Shown in pieces: positions 36,255 to 48,879 of a DNA stretch of 64,000 bases (its first letter is position 1; every line of letters starts with the position of its first letter). The translations under genes and the position numbers were made by a program. This DNA comes from Squalus acanthias (lineage: Eukaryota): positions 160,518,001 to 160,582,000 of the forward strand of contig CM059426.1 in assembly GCA_030390025.1 (NCBI GenBank), given 5' to 3'. Under the pieces are notes generated by a model that made no database searches, was not told the DNA's origin, and saw only the letters and a list, made by a program, of their open reading frames with translations.

Positions 36255-36612
36255 ACGAGTGCACAATCTAGGCTGGTACTCCACTGCAGTACTGAGGGGG
36301 TCGCTGCATTGTCAGAAATGTCAAACCAAGGCCACATCTACCTGTTCCAGTGGTTCAGGTGGCTGTTAAACATCCCATGGCATCATTTGAGAAAGAGCAG
36401 TTCTCCAGTGATCTGGATTTCTCCCTCAGTCAATACAACCAAAAACACCAAAGATTAACAAATCATTCATCACACTGCTGTTTGTGGACTATTGATGGCT
36501 GCTGCATTTTTTACCATAATAATAATGACCAGATCTTAAAAGTAATTAATTTTGTGTGAAGTGCTTTGTGATGTTTCAACATGATAAGGGACTATACAAA
36601 TGGAAATTTTTC
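36255..36612 (+). mobile_element. Old Deu-domain SINE (SacSINE1/AmnSINE-like)
   Basis: gcagtactgaggg..gctgcattgtcag, atcccatggca..tttg..aagagcag, ttcatcacactgctgtttgtgg, and a tail like 25829-25961. Confidence 0.65.
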
Positions 36613-37418
36613 CTTGTTTCTGTAACTGTTTTTTTTCTTTGCTATTCTATAAATGTTTCTGTGCCTCTATTTCTGTTTGTGTTGCTCTCTTTCTCTCACT
36701 CTCTCTCACTCTCTCTCTCTCTCTGTAAGACTGACATGCATATTTTTCATTGAGGTGCCTGCATAGTTCATTTTGTTCCCAGCTCATTTTCTCTCTCGTT
36801 CCCTATCACTTTTTTTCTAAATTGCTCCTTCCTTCAGCCTTCTCTCTCTTTTGTATGTCTCCCACTGTATACCTCTCGCACTGTCCTTTTACTTATGTAA
36901 CTTCGACATCTTTATTAAACGTAAGGAAGATGGTAGCTGACATGTTGGGAGTGGGAACTGCGATTAAATATGAACTGGCTGTGGTGAAAATGTTGCAACA
37001 TGCACAGGTGAGAGACAAATTGGGGTATCAGGGTTAGTGGATGAGGCTGGGAAGAGTGCAAGTTTGGGGTTTGCCATGTGATGGAATGGTTGCAGGCAGC
37101 GGAGGGGCTGGAAGAAATGAGCAGCCTGGGCTCAGTGTATGTCCTCTACTTCCTCACTTGGTGTTTCCTTCAAGTGTTTCCCCAATGAGAAGGTAAAATG
37201 AAGTGGATGGCTACTAGGTGTCAATGTCTGCCTCTAAGGATGAAAGTAGTCCAATTTGTGGGTAGATAACTTTATGCTGGATCAGTAAATGGCCTTGCAA
37301 TTACAGGCAACACAAGTATTGGTGCGGCTCCTCCACTTCCCCTTGCTCCTCCTGACTTGTGCTCTTTGCCACAAGTGCTTCCTCCCACAATTTACTTAAC
37401 AACTCTCTTAGAATGGAT

Positions 37419-37818
37419 GGGCTAGATTTTGACTATCAGGCGTCCGGCCAATAGTGCCGATGGAAAGTCTGGTCCATCCGGGCTGCAGGCAGAACACAGG
37501 ACACCTGGGGAAATATTAGGCAAACCAGGCCCTGCTCCTCCAGGCCCCACAAAAATAAATCAAAACTTATCTTTGGGCTCCTCTCCGATTGGACCATCAG
37601 TTGAAACTGGGTGCACATGCTCCGCCCAGTTCTCTCCTAAAATGGCATTCAGGGTCTTATGTACTTCGCAAGACCCCAATTTGCATATTATAAGGGCCTA
37701 TCGCCTGAAACAAACGGGTAATTTAATCACCCTGAGGTGGGCCCCTTTGAAGATGGCTGCAGCTGGCATAAATGGGGTGGTGAGGCATTTTTGTGCCACC
37801 GCTGTTAAAATCTAACCC
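37419..37818. mobile_element. Harbinger-type MITE
   Basis: TIRs gggctagattttgac / gttaaaatctaaccc with a 3-bp GAT duplication. Confidence 0.82.
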
Positions 37819-38097
37819 GATGTATCTGGGCTGGCACTTGCCACTGTAGGGGTAACTGAAACTGGCTGCTATAATATGTTCTATTGAGATGGGTCCTTGG
37901 GCTTTGCCATCTCTTCCTGTCAGGTGTTTAGAGGAGCAGAAGAATGTATTTTAGAATGCTGGCTATAAGACACTGCTTGAAACATAGCGTATATGGCAAG
38001 ACATTCTGTTGTTTAATGCCGGAGCACTGCAATTTATGCCTGTGTAATAAGAGAACAGAGACAAGTTTACATTTTGGGTAGGGACTCTCTATAAGAA

Positions 38098-38214
38098 CCG
38101 AAACATCAACTTGTCTGTTATCTCCACAGATGCTGCCTGACCTGATGAATGTTTCCAGCATTTTCTTTTTCTGTTGTTTCAGAATTCCAGCATCTGCAGT
38201 ACTTTGCTTTTGTA
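38098..38214 (+). mobile_element. Penelope pLTR 3' fragment
   Basis: Reverse-complement homolog of 57972-58087; only the 3' half of the hammerhead (cgaaacatcaact) remains. Confidence 0.78.
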
Positions 38215-38429
38215 GTTTGGTGAAACATGGGCATGCCCCAGAATTTGGAATGTAAGTGAACAGTTGCCAGAGGGCTATGCATTCTCTCTCTCTCGGACGC
38301 TCCACTTTTGCAGTGAAATGCTGTGAAGTTACATTTTAAGGCAACCTTGTATAAACAAACAATATGCAAGCACACTTAGCTTGGCAACCTTTCCTCCTCA
38401 CCTGCTCTCACATTCAAGGCACAGGTCAG

Positions 38430-38600
38430 TCAGCATGGACTCTGTCAGCAACCTCCGTCCTGGCTGCTCCTGCACTGTTCTTAACTGGAGGATGTCTTTC
38501 ATTTCCATAAAAATGTCCACCCTTTTTGCAGGTCCTCCTGCAACAGGATGTCTCGAAGTGCAACACCAAATGGAACCTTTCTGACTTGTGCTCTTGCTCC
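38430..38600 (-). pseudogene. Possible degenerate Myb/SANT exon
   Basis: Across frames: DILLQE..KRVDI/FYG..AARTEVADRVHA, similar in spacing to AWLEVAEEVSS at 47270. Confidence 0.35.
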
Positions 38601-38688
38601 AGCAATTTCAATCCCTCTTCAGTAGCAGGATTGCTTAAAGTGCAACCAGCAGCCCTATAAGAGCTGGATAAGCAACCCTTTGAGTGTC

Positions 38689-39168
38689 CATGCTAAATAG
38701 TTACACGACCCTCGAGCAATCCATGTCCAACTTCTTAGAGTGACAAGTGGCTCGAGATTCAGCAATAACAGGTCTGTGATGCCCTTAGATGTCTAGAACT
38801 GCATGGATCAGCATATGCTTATCCAACACTGTCAACTGTGGGTAACCCATTAAACCCTATTCATGATGGGGCTTGGAGATTGTAATTATTTCCCATGATC
38901 AAGAAATTCCCATTAAGTGTAAGTTATAAGTTGGAGTTGATTAAGCCCCTGCTCTTTGTAGATGAATGATTGAATAGGACTCTGGATCTATTATGCTGAC
39001 ATTCAGAACTGGGGTCCTGATTAAAAGGGATGGTCAGGCATTCTTATTGTGCCAGTGGAGGACGAACAAAAGCGAAAGCGTTTGATAAGAATATTTTCAC
39101 TAATAAAGAATGAAAGCCGGAGGTTCGAAGACTATCAGATACCGTAATAGTTCCAACTATAAATGATG
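38689..39168 (+). pseudogene. Decayed, rearranged 18S rRNA fragments
   Basis: gcaataacaggtctgtgatgcccttagatgt and ttgattaag.ccctgc.ctttgta (3' part of 18S) followed by gaataggac, agcgaaagc.tttg and ggaggttcgaagac.atcagataccgt (central part). Confidence 0.9.
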
Positions 39169-39518
39169 GCACAAGGTCAACTCATTGCACTGCAGATATG
39201 CACAACACTCAGAAAGCAGCAGGTCCAGAAATGGATTATTAGAGCCATACATAATTTGTTTTTTTCTTTCTTTATTGCACAGCAGAGAGCTAGATTTTAC
39301 CAAGCATAAAAATGGCACAGTTCCTAATTGTCACAGTTTAGGAACACAGATTGCAAACTGAGCTGAAGCATGATCAAAGCCCAGGAAATATCAGAAGGAA
39401 ATCACTGGGACGCTAGTTGAATCACAGCCCCTGGGATTTCTAAGTTTATGGCCATCTTTATTGACATATTTCGGCATTATTTGTTTAATGTGTCTATAAA
39501 TTTAATTTCAGACATATA

Positions 39519-40182
39519 GGCCCTGATATTTACTCAGGGCCAGGAAGAGAGTGGGAGTGGGGTAGATTTTCGAACCGGATGTATGGGTTTCCCAGACATC
39601 CTGCCCAAATTAATGTCTTTTAAATTTTTTCTGGCGGATTCCCACCTGACAGCCAGCCTGATGGATAGGCTAACTGCCTGTTGCGGTAAAGCAGGCGGGG
39701 AGTTGATGCCAGGTAAGTCAGAGATCGCGGGAGGTGGTTGGACATGAGGAGGTCGGGGCTGGACATTGCGGGGGTGGGTGGGTGGGAGGCGAATTGGACA
39801 TTGTGTGGTCCGATTGCGTGGAGTAAGCTTGTTGTGCCTGGGGGAAACACTCCTGCTCCTCATGGCCCACAAGCAGTGCAATAAAGGTACTTACCTCATG
39901 GATCTGGCACTTCTCGCCTCCTTTACCTGCATAGATTCCTGAGCCATGGGAAACCCAGCCTCCATGGGTTAAAAATAACAATCCAGTTAAAATGGAGGCA
40001 CGCACCTACCTTAAAAGATTTCAGTGACCGACCCGCCTCCGAGAGCAGATCGGTCACCCATCCCCAGACCTGTCTCTGTTTAAACTTTAAGTGGGTGGGT
40101 TGGTATTGGGTTTCAGATTTTTATAATCTTACCTTCCCACCCATCCCCAACCCACCCATCCTTGAGTGTTAAAATTCCACCC
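39519..40182. mobile_element. Harbinger-type MITE
   Basis: ggccctgatatttac / ttaaaattccaccc ends with a 3-bp ATA duplication. Confidence 0.7.
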
Positions 40183-40397
40183 ATATATTCAGAGGCTTAA
40201 AGAACAACAGCCACTGAAAGAAGTGGGAGCAAAATTGTTTCAACAATTTGATTGGTTGACTTTGTGTTACTTGTTGGTTTCAGGTTGATAGCTTTGAAAA
40301 AAAATGCAGCAACTTAATTGGTTGGTTTTATGGTGGCTGTTGTTTATTGACTGCTGCTTTTCAGACCTGTCCAGTGAATGGAACTGTTTTTTGATTG

Positions 40398-40525
40398 GAT
40401 GCATTTATATAGCGCCCTTCACAACCTCAGAACGTTCCAAAGCGCTTTACAGTCAATGAAGTACTTTTGAAGTGTAGTCGCTGTTGTAACATAGGAAACG
40501 TGGCAGCCAATTTTTGCACAGCAAG
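40398..40525 (-). mobile_element. Deu-domain SINE 3' fragment
   Basis: Reverse-complement homolog of 25829-25945. Confidence 0.75.
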
Positions 40526-40675
40526 TTGGATATTTGAGCTAATCACAGGGCTAAGTTAACAGATTGTGGTTGTCTGAGCCAATCATAATTTTCTTGCTGT
40601 ACAAACAAGTGATGTGTTTGAAGTGTGACACCTTTGTGGCATAACACCTTTGAGAGCTGTGGTGCTACAGACCTG

Positions 40676-40847
40676 GGCCTAGAAATTCGTCTCAGACGCT
40701 GGTGCAAAACGGGCAGAATCGGATTGGCCGCCTGTTATACACAGCGCTTGATATCCAGCTCCATTGAATGTCAGGCGTTGCGTAGAATGGGGGGGCCCAT
40801 CTGATACCACCCGTTTTGCACCACAGCCTGAAATACATTTTTAGGCC
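40676..40847. mobile_element. 172-bp palindromic Harbinger-type MITE
   Basis: ggcctagaaat..tggtgcaaaacggg / cccgttttgcacca..atttttaggcc. Confidence 0.78.
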
Positions 40848-42139
40848 ATGTACTAGGTGCAAGGCTTTTAATCCTATAGATGGCAGGGAGGGGAAAATCC
40901 ATGAAACATTACAGCTATCTTCTCCAGCTATGCATGTTTGCGAAAATAATGGCTATTTTGAATAGTCCACAATATAATAAAAGATGAAACTTTATTTTCC
41001 GTGGTGTGTTCTTTATGTTCTATTACAGTGCTGTTGTCCACAGGGAGGAAGAAACAGACCAGATTTTTCACCCATTGACTATGAATGGCTGATAAATCTA
41101 GCCCAGAGCCACAACATAAATTTGCAGAGAGCTCAATTACCAGCAGGAGATGGGATTGTATTCTGAAACTAAGAAAACATGATGTATCTTTATTCAGATG
41201 TAAACACTCACTGTCAACGAAAAAGGCAAGCAGAACAAAAATGTTTACCTAACATAACTGTAAAACTGTCTAATGTTGACCAAAGTGCTAATGGTTACAA
41301 TGGAGCAGCAGATCTGACTCTCCAATTGGGAAATTCAGTCCCCATCTATTGCTTTAATTAGCTCCACATCTGTTATTCCACCATAAAACCCGCTGCATCA
41401 TTCCCAAGCAGGGTAATATAGTCACAAATGAAGCTTAGAAAGTGTTAGTTCCTTCATCTCAAAAGGTGAGAATAAAATAATAGCATTTTCCACTGTTATG
41501 AAAAAAATCTCTATCAAGTGGTCCTATTTTTAATTACTTATCTATTTTTATTAAGCTATATACAGATTACTCTAGTTAGAAAGCAAGGGATATATTGTAG
41601 TCCTCTGGAGTTTTGGGGCATGATCAGTTCTTGCTATTATCTGAACTTAAACTCCACCTGGTAAGCTAATTGCAGAAAGGTAACGCTCCAGAAGGTGTTC
41701 TGTCTGCTGCAGATCAAGCTTTTACCACGTCTTTGCTTAAGTATTTTAAATGAATTCATTTATTTTAAAATGTATTGTTACACATGATTTTTATGCAATA
41801 AAAAAGTCATCTCCCACAGCCACAGTTGTGAATGCAGCCAGTTGTCTTGCAAGGTTTTTAGGAAAAGAAATTTAATCCCTTTCAGAGCAATTTACCATTA
41901 CGTGGCTAAGATTCGGATAGTTTATTAATTTGTGGAAAGGTGAATTCCTAATAATGATTTTATTAAGGAGCAGGGAAATCATACTTGCACTGAAGTACTG
42001 ACAGTAATTATAATACAATAGTTATACTCTGATTATCTGCTTTGTGCTTCTATAGAATTAATTTCTTAGCACTGCATTCTGGATCACTTAAAAAATGTTT
42101 CAGTATTTCTTGTTATTTTCACTTTCTGTTATACTTACT

Positions 42140-44681
42140 GGCCTAGAAATTGTAGTACGCCAGAAACCTGCTGGTAACAGCCCCGGCCAAGGCTAACAGC
42201 GGTGCGGAAAATTTGTGGTGTAATGCGCTCTTTCTGGCGCTAAGCTCAACAGGAGGCTGAAGGTCGCGTCTGTGTCCCACTTGCAGTTAAGGAGAACGGG
42301 GAAGAAACAAGAGAACCTGTAGGCCATGTAGGGAACAGTTGCCATATTTGTTACAACACTTTACCTGCCACCTGCTCACCAATCAATGTTACAGGCAAAT
42401 TGTTAATGAATTTGTGGGGAGTCTGTCAACTGTGCCGGGGAAGTCCTGGTTTGATCGTACTTGGGGTTTTATGAGATCGGAGGAGAAGGGGGGAAGGTGT
42501 GGGTGTACAACAGGGCATATTAATTCTCGAAAGTCTGTACCTCTCATAGCGCTGAAGAAGGCATGCAGCAATCAGCGTTGTTGAAAGGGACCATAGGTCA
42601 TTTTTTTTTACATTGAGCCAAGATGGCCCATTTTATGCTTTCAAGGAATCTCCCTTATCACTTTACTCACACATCTCATTCTAAAAGAATGGAGACTAAG
42701 CCAAGCTCTTTATTTTAAATGCTTGTTTAAATTTTCCTGTAGCAGGAAGAAAAAGATGTAGGACAGGAATGATCAAATCCAGTGCTTTGTAGTTTTTGAA
42801 ACCATTATACTGTGGTCATAATTTCATTGATATGCTGAGGTCACTTTAGTCACTGGCTTAAGAGGGTCTGACAACTCAGGGCTTTTTACTATTCCGTGCT
42901 GAGGACTCATATCTGATAACTTAAACAATTTGAATTCATACTTCAGATTTCAGAGATCAAAACACTGAACATCCACAGGTGATTCCTAATCTGAACCTCA
43001 AGCTTACTCTTCTTGTCATTCAGAAGTAATCACCTGCAAAATTCTGCATCTTCCCATTTGTTACATTCAGTATTACCATCTCAGGCAGGACAGTTTCAAA
43101 TAAGCAAACCACCAGAAAAACAATTAAACTGTATCTACAAATCTCAAGGGTTGCCTCTCAAGTCATAGGCTTGTGAATAATATAAACACTGCTACGTGGA
43201 GAGTCCTGTCTGTCTTACATTTGTCAGTTGAAGCATCCTAGATTCATAGAAGATAGGAGCAGGAGTAGGCCATTCGGCCCCTTGAGCCTGCTCCGCCATT
43301 CGATGAGATCATGGCTGATCATCCAAACTCAGTACCCTGTACCTGCCTTCTCCCCATATCCCTTGATACCTTTAGCTTTAAGAAATATATCTAACTCATT
43401 CTTGAATATATTTAATGACTTGGCCTCAACTACCTTCTGTGGTAGAGAATTCCACAGGTTCACCACTCTCTGGGGGAAGAAATTCTTCCTCATTTCTGTC
43501 CTAAATGGCTTACCCCTTATCCTTAGATTATGACCCCTGGTTCTGGACTCTTCGACCATCGGGAACATTCTTCCTGCATCTAGTTTGTCCAGACCTGTCA
43601 GAATTTTATATGTTTCGATGAGATCCCCTCTCATTCTTCTATACTCCAGCGAGTATAAGCCCAATCGACCCAATCTCTCCTCATATGTCATTCCTGCCAT
43701 CCCAGGTATAAGCCTTGTGAATCTTCGCTGAACTCCTTCCATGGCAAGAACATCCTTCCTCAGATAAGGCGACCAAAACTGCACACAGTACTCAAGGTGT
43801 GGTCTCACCAAGGCCCTGTACAACTGCAGCAGGACATCCCTGTTCCTATACTCAAACCCTTTCGCTATGAAGGCCAACATACCATTTGCCTTCTTCACCG
43901 CCTGCTGCACCTGCATGCTTACCTTCAGCGACTGGTGCACAAGGACACCCAGGTCTCGTTGCACTTCCCCTTCTCCCAATCTATTGCCATTCAGATAATA
44001 GCCTGCCTTTCTGTTTTTGACACCAAAGTGGATAACCTCGCATTTATCCATGTTATATTGCATCTGCCATGCTTCTGCCCACTCACCCAACCTGTCCAAA
44101 TCATCCTGGAGTTTCTCGGTATCCTCCTCGCAGCACACACGCCCACCCAGCTTTGTGTCATCTGCAAACTTGGAGATATTACATTTAGTTCCCTTATCTA
44201 GATCATTAATGTATATTGTGAATAGCTGGGGTCCAAGGACCGATCCCTGCAGTACCCCACTAGTCACTGCCTGCAACTCGGAAAAAGACCCATTCATTCC
44301 TACTCTCTGCTTTCTGTCCACCAACCAGTTCTCTATCCAAGTCAATACCTTGCCCCCAATCCCATGTGCCTTAACTTTACACGCTAATCTCTTATGCGGG
44401 ACCTTATCGAAACCCTTTTGAAAGTTCAAATACACCACATCTTCATGGCTGTTAATGCTGCAATCTGCTGCTGGGCGTCAACTCAGCGTTGCATGCCGAC
44501 TGACATCACGCTCCGAATAATTACAATATTTCGGCGAGTGCAGGCAACGGTAGCCCTGCCAACCTTCCGAAAATTGCCGCCACCGCGGGACCCACTGGCA
44601 GCAGGCAAAAGTGTGGCGGCCACCATTTTTTCCCCTAATCGGGCAGTGACGGTTGGTGCTAAACCTCAGAATTTCTAGGCC
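42140..44681. mobile_element. Probable Harbinger-type element enclosing a CR1 fragment
   Basis: Matching ends ggcctagaaatt / aatttctaggcc; they may belong to two separate copies. Confidence 0.5.
43243..44441 (-). mobile_element. 5'-truncated CR1 LINE with an open 369-aa RT C-terminal frame
   Basis: ORF 43329..44438: FQKGFDKVPH, GSVLGPQLF, FADDTK, LYRALVRPHLEY; 3' UTR at 43243-43328. Confidence 0.94.
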
Positions 44682-47132
44682 ATTCTGTTTATATTGCTTA
44701 TCGCATTCTCCTTATTTAATTGTTTTGATACTATGGAAGTCAATACTTGAAGACATATTCCAGGGAAGACTCACAAAAATCATATTCATGAGCCTTTCCC
44801 TAACATTTTACAGTCCCTTAATTAATAAAAAATGTAACGCTTACCTGCATGTGTCATTTTCTCATCAGCAGCCCTATGTTTTTGGCAGTTATAGTCACTA
44901 TATATTCCCAAGCTAGTTTTTTGGATGATATAGCAAACATGTTGCAGGAAGACATGGGCATATTGGAAGATGAGTCCACAATCTGCCTGCTTCAGTGCTG
45001 AGCGAAGTATCTGTCCAAAATAAAATGCGGCACAAATATTCTTCCCTCCCCATACTTAGTCCTTTTACACTTCTTAATAAAGTGATTTTCCAAGTGTTTT
45101 TTTTTTGATTATTTATATCCAACTAATTTTGTGCTTCAATAATCCATACATTCTTTCAGGTAGTTACCAATCATGGCGTTCGTTTGTTCTAAGATATATG
45201 TTTCAGCTGGATGCTATCCAGCCTAACTTAAACCTTCCTCTCTTATGCCCTGGTTGGTATATAAAGATGGTATTAACATGCCTAATGGTTCTGTTGGATA
45301 AGGGTAAGTGAAGACTCTTTGATTTCCCACTACTATCTCAGTATATGTTCCCAAGTAGTCACCATTATAAAGCAGAGAATCCCATGCAACATTTTGCAAT
45401 GAAGTAATAAGTAGCACAGATGCCTAAATCCCCATCACCATGGGCAAAGTGATCTCATTCCTGGGCAATTTATTTTTGTCGAGAAACCAATTTGAGGGAC
45501 CAAGGCCAGCAGTGGAGGACACTATTAAAGCTGAAAGGAGTGGAAGAGAAGATCAGATATATCAAAATATAGTGCTTTGGTGATGCCAAGTTTGGATTTT
45601 AAAAACCTGCAGGTTAGCAGAGGAAAGAAAGACTGAGTGAAGTAAGGATATCCACAATTTTCAGATCCTGAATAAAAATGCCTTAGAGTAGAAGACAGTT
45701 CAGTAAGTCTTGTGACAGTTGAAGGCTGGAGATGAGAAAGTTTGGCCGATGATATGACAGGCTATTTCTTCTACTCTGTCCAGGAGTACGAGAGAAGTGT
45801 TAGAAAAATATCCTCAGATATGGAAGTTGTTTTTTAGCCTTGGGTGGATGTGGGCTTCATAGAAAGTTATGAGTTATTGAGGGGAAAATAACTGTTTGTG
45901 TTTGACATGAGAAAGGAACCCAAGCTTCTTGGTGACAGATTTAGCGATGAAGGAGATTTGGGGCTTCCATTTGAGCTCAGAGGAGAAAGTAAAGCTAAGA
46001 ATGTCCATTGCTGAAGAAGAACTAAAGGTGGAGCCATCAATGTTAACGTTTCAAATGGCTCCTCTTGTGAAGTGCCCTAGGATGTTTGCCCCTATGTTGA
46101 AAGTTCTATACAAGTTCAAGATGTTGTTGTCCTCAGCCACCACATGACACATGGCTGGTTCAAACAGTTTTCACTATCATGTTTTTGTGTTTGTTGTACA
46201 TCAGCTATAGTGCCTGATGTCCTGACTGAGCAGGCACCTCTATTGTGATAATGCCAGCCTGCACGTATCGTTCACAGCCTGTCCTTCAAAAATCAACTAA
46301 AAAGTGAGGTTAAGTAACATTATATGAGATAAACCTAGCCGCCCAGCATTGAAAATTCTCTACTACATGGCATATGACTTGAGCTCACTTTCCTCTCTGT
46401 TCTATACCTTACTCAAAATCAATTCATTCCCATCCCCAAAAATAATCGGGGCTATTGGGCTTCTAACACCTCATTTCACATCACTCTGTTTTGAAATCAA
46501 TGCAGATTTGAGCATCCAAGGAAGCCCAAAATAAATGAAATGGATATTCCATTCCATCAGGCCCTATTTACAAATGTCTGAATTTTAACATGATAAATAT
46601 GTGGTTATGTGCTAACTCTGTTGTGTGTCATCCCATGAAATAATTGTTTGGATTATGGTGCAATTTTAACCCAGCGGACAGCTGAAAAGGCAGCCAATTG
46701 AACATATGAGAAAGATGTTGGCCTCAAAGAACATTCAAAGGCTAAGGTCACCAGAACTAAGCTGGCAGCAACTCTTATTATACAGGTCCAATACTAGCTA
46801 GATGTAGTAATCTGAAACTGAATCTAAATAGGGAACAATGAAACTTGTTATACGGAATTAATGGCCCCGATAATACTCTGAGGCACGTTGGGAGCGGAGG
46901 TGGTCCAATAACATTGTGGGAAACCCTGAAGTAAGTTCAGCGCATCTGTCTGTGGCAGTTTAACGCAGTCACCTCATTATTATTTTACTTCTGGGTTTAG
47001 CGTTGATTGTGTGGCAGTGGGCATGATGCAGACCCTCATGACGCGATCTCAGCTCCAGTATTTAAAGGGCCAATTCAAAGATGGAATTTGGAACTGTTGG
47101 GTGTTGGAAGTAAGAGAGGAGGAACTTTGACA

Positions 47133-48629
47133 ATGGATTCAGGTCAATGGCTGCGCCCCGCTTTAAAGACGCTTCCCTCGATGTACTGCTGGGGGCAGTG
47201 ATGAGCCGCAGAGAGATACTCTTTCCCAACAATGGGAGGAAGAAAGCTGCTGCTGCCACAAAGAAGGCTTGGCTGGAGGTGGCCGAGGAGGTCAGCAGCA
47301 GGAGGGTAGTGCCACGCTCCTGAATTAATCGCAGGAAGCGCTTTAATGACCTAAGCTAGTCAGGAAAGGTGAGTACAGTTGCACGTTCACCTACATCCCG
47401 CTGTGCACAGTATTGGCACCCCTACCCCGCACTCTGCCTTGTCAAGCCTACTTCATCACATCACTCCTCACACCCACTTATCTTACAAGCGCACTACTCC
47501 TTAATTTCTAAGCATTTCCTCACATCCCCATCTATCTATCCACTACTACCACTCAATCTCACCCTTAGGCAATCTGATACCTTTCTCTGATTGTGACTAT
47601 TACCAAATGCACTGTATCCATCGGGTGAACACATGCCATTACAGTCACTCATAGGTCTGCTCTTTCCCCCCATTGCAGAAGAGAGTACAGAACACAAGGG
47701 AGAGGGAGAGAAATGGAGGGGGGCCTCCACAGATTTCCCAGCTAACAACTGCAGAGGAGGAAGCGCTGAAGATCAGTGGCAACCCTGGCCATCGGAGATG
47801 GGGAAATGGAGAGATGGGGACCCCACAGCTACCTGGTGACAGAATGAAATATAATGCACACACATGTCATGGCAGGGACAGCAGTGGACAGACCGCATTG
47901 GAGGGCACAGCCCTCTCCAAGCTCTGCTTAGCTGGACACAGATGCTACACCCTGGGAGCCATCGATAAAAAACAGAATCATTGAAGAGCAGCAGAGAGCG
48001 TTCGATGTACTGTTAGGTCTTCCAAGCACACTGACCACGAGTGCAAAGAGAATGGAGCAGTCCGTCTCAAACATGAGTTGGTTGATGTCGTAGGGCATTG
48101 CGACGATGTCTTCTTGCATGGATAGAGTGGCCAGCTCCATGGAACATCAATTGCCGTAATTAAATGAGTCCATGCAAGCCTTGACCATGACCATGCACAC
48201 TCTGGATGCCAAATTGTCTGCCAATTTAAATAGAATGACAGATACTTTAGACTTGGCCTTACAGTGCCTCACTGATCTGCACCACGTTGCTCTCCAGCAC
48301 AGTGGGGCTGGGCCATGAGAGGGATGATGGCGAAAGGGGACATGGGAGTGGGGACTCAACTCAAAGTGCTTCCACTTCTCACCCGTTCCCCCCCTCAGTC
48401 AGTACTCGACATGCTGCCGCATCTCCCGATGGCCGAACCTGCTCCTGCACAGGTGCAGGTGGAGCAGTCGTTGGCGGGGCCCTCACGGGCTCCAAAACCC
48501 AGAGAACGTCGGCCAAGAACATCTCAGCAGTCAGAGCAGGGATCTGAGCAGACTGCCTCTACCTCTGCTCGAGCCACAGGGGTTGCACCACGTAGGAGCG
48601 GAAGGAAAAGGAATAGTAAAGATTTGTAG
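47133..48629 (+). pseudogene. Spliced Harbinger Myb/SANT-like gene
   Basis: Exon 1 to 47368 (PRFKDASLDVLL..RREILFP..KKAWLEVAEEV..RKRFNDL) then gtgagt; acceptor cattgcag at 47678; exon 2 KRVQNTRERERNGGGPP; basic C-terminus RRSGRKR; internal stops. Confidence 0.83.
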
Positions 48630-48879
48630 TTGTACAAGGGTATGCACATAGGTGTATGAGAAAATGTTATGTTGTGCAAGATACCGTTCTTTAGTAGAAT
48701 CATATAAATATTATTACTTTGCACCACTTTCCAGTCTTGCCCATTCTTGATTGCTGGGTGGCAAGTCACCTTTTACTTGCTGGTTGATGAATGAGAAGGC
48801 ATGAATTGACGGGGACCAATGGGGGGATGTGCAAAGGGTGGTTGGTTGTTTGCAGAACTACTTTGTGTCAGTGGCATTG

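Noticed and set aside
38689-39168. Functional 18S rRNA gene
   Set aside because: Partial, out of order, many substitutions in conserved positions, and no other rDNA nearby.
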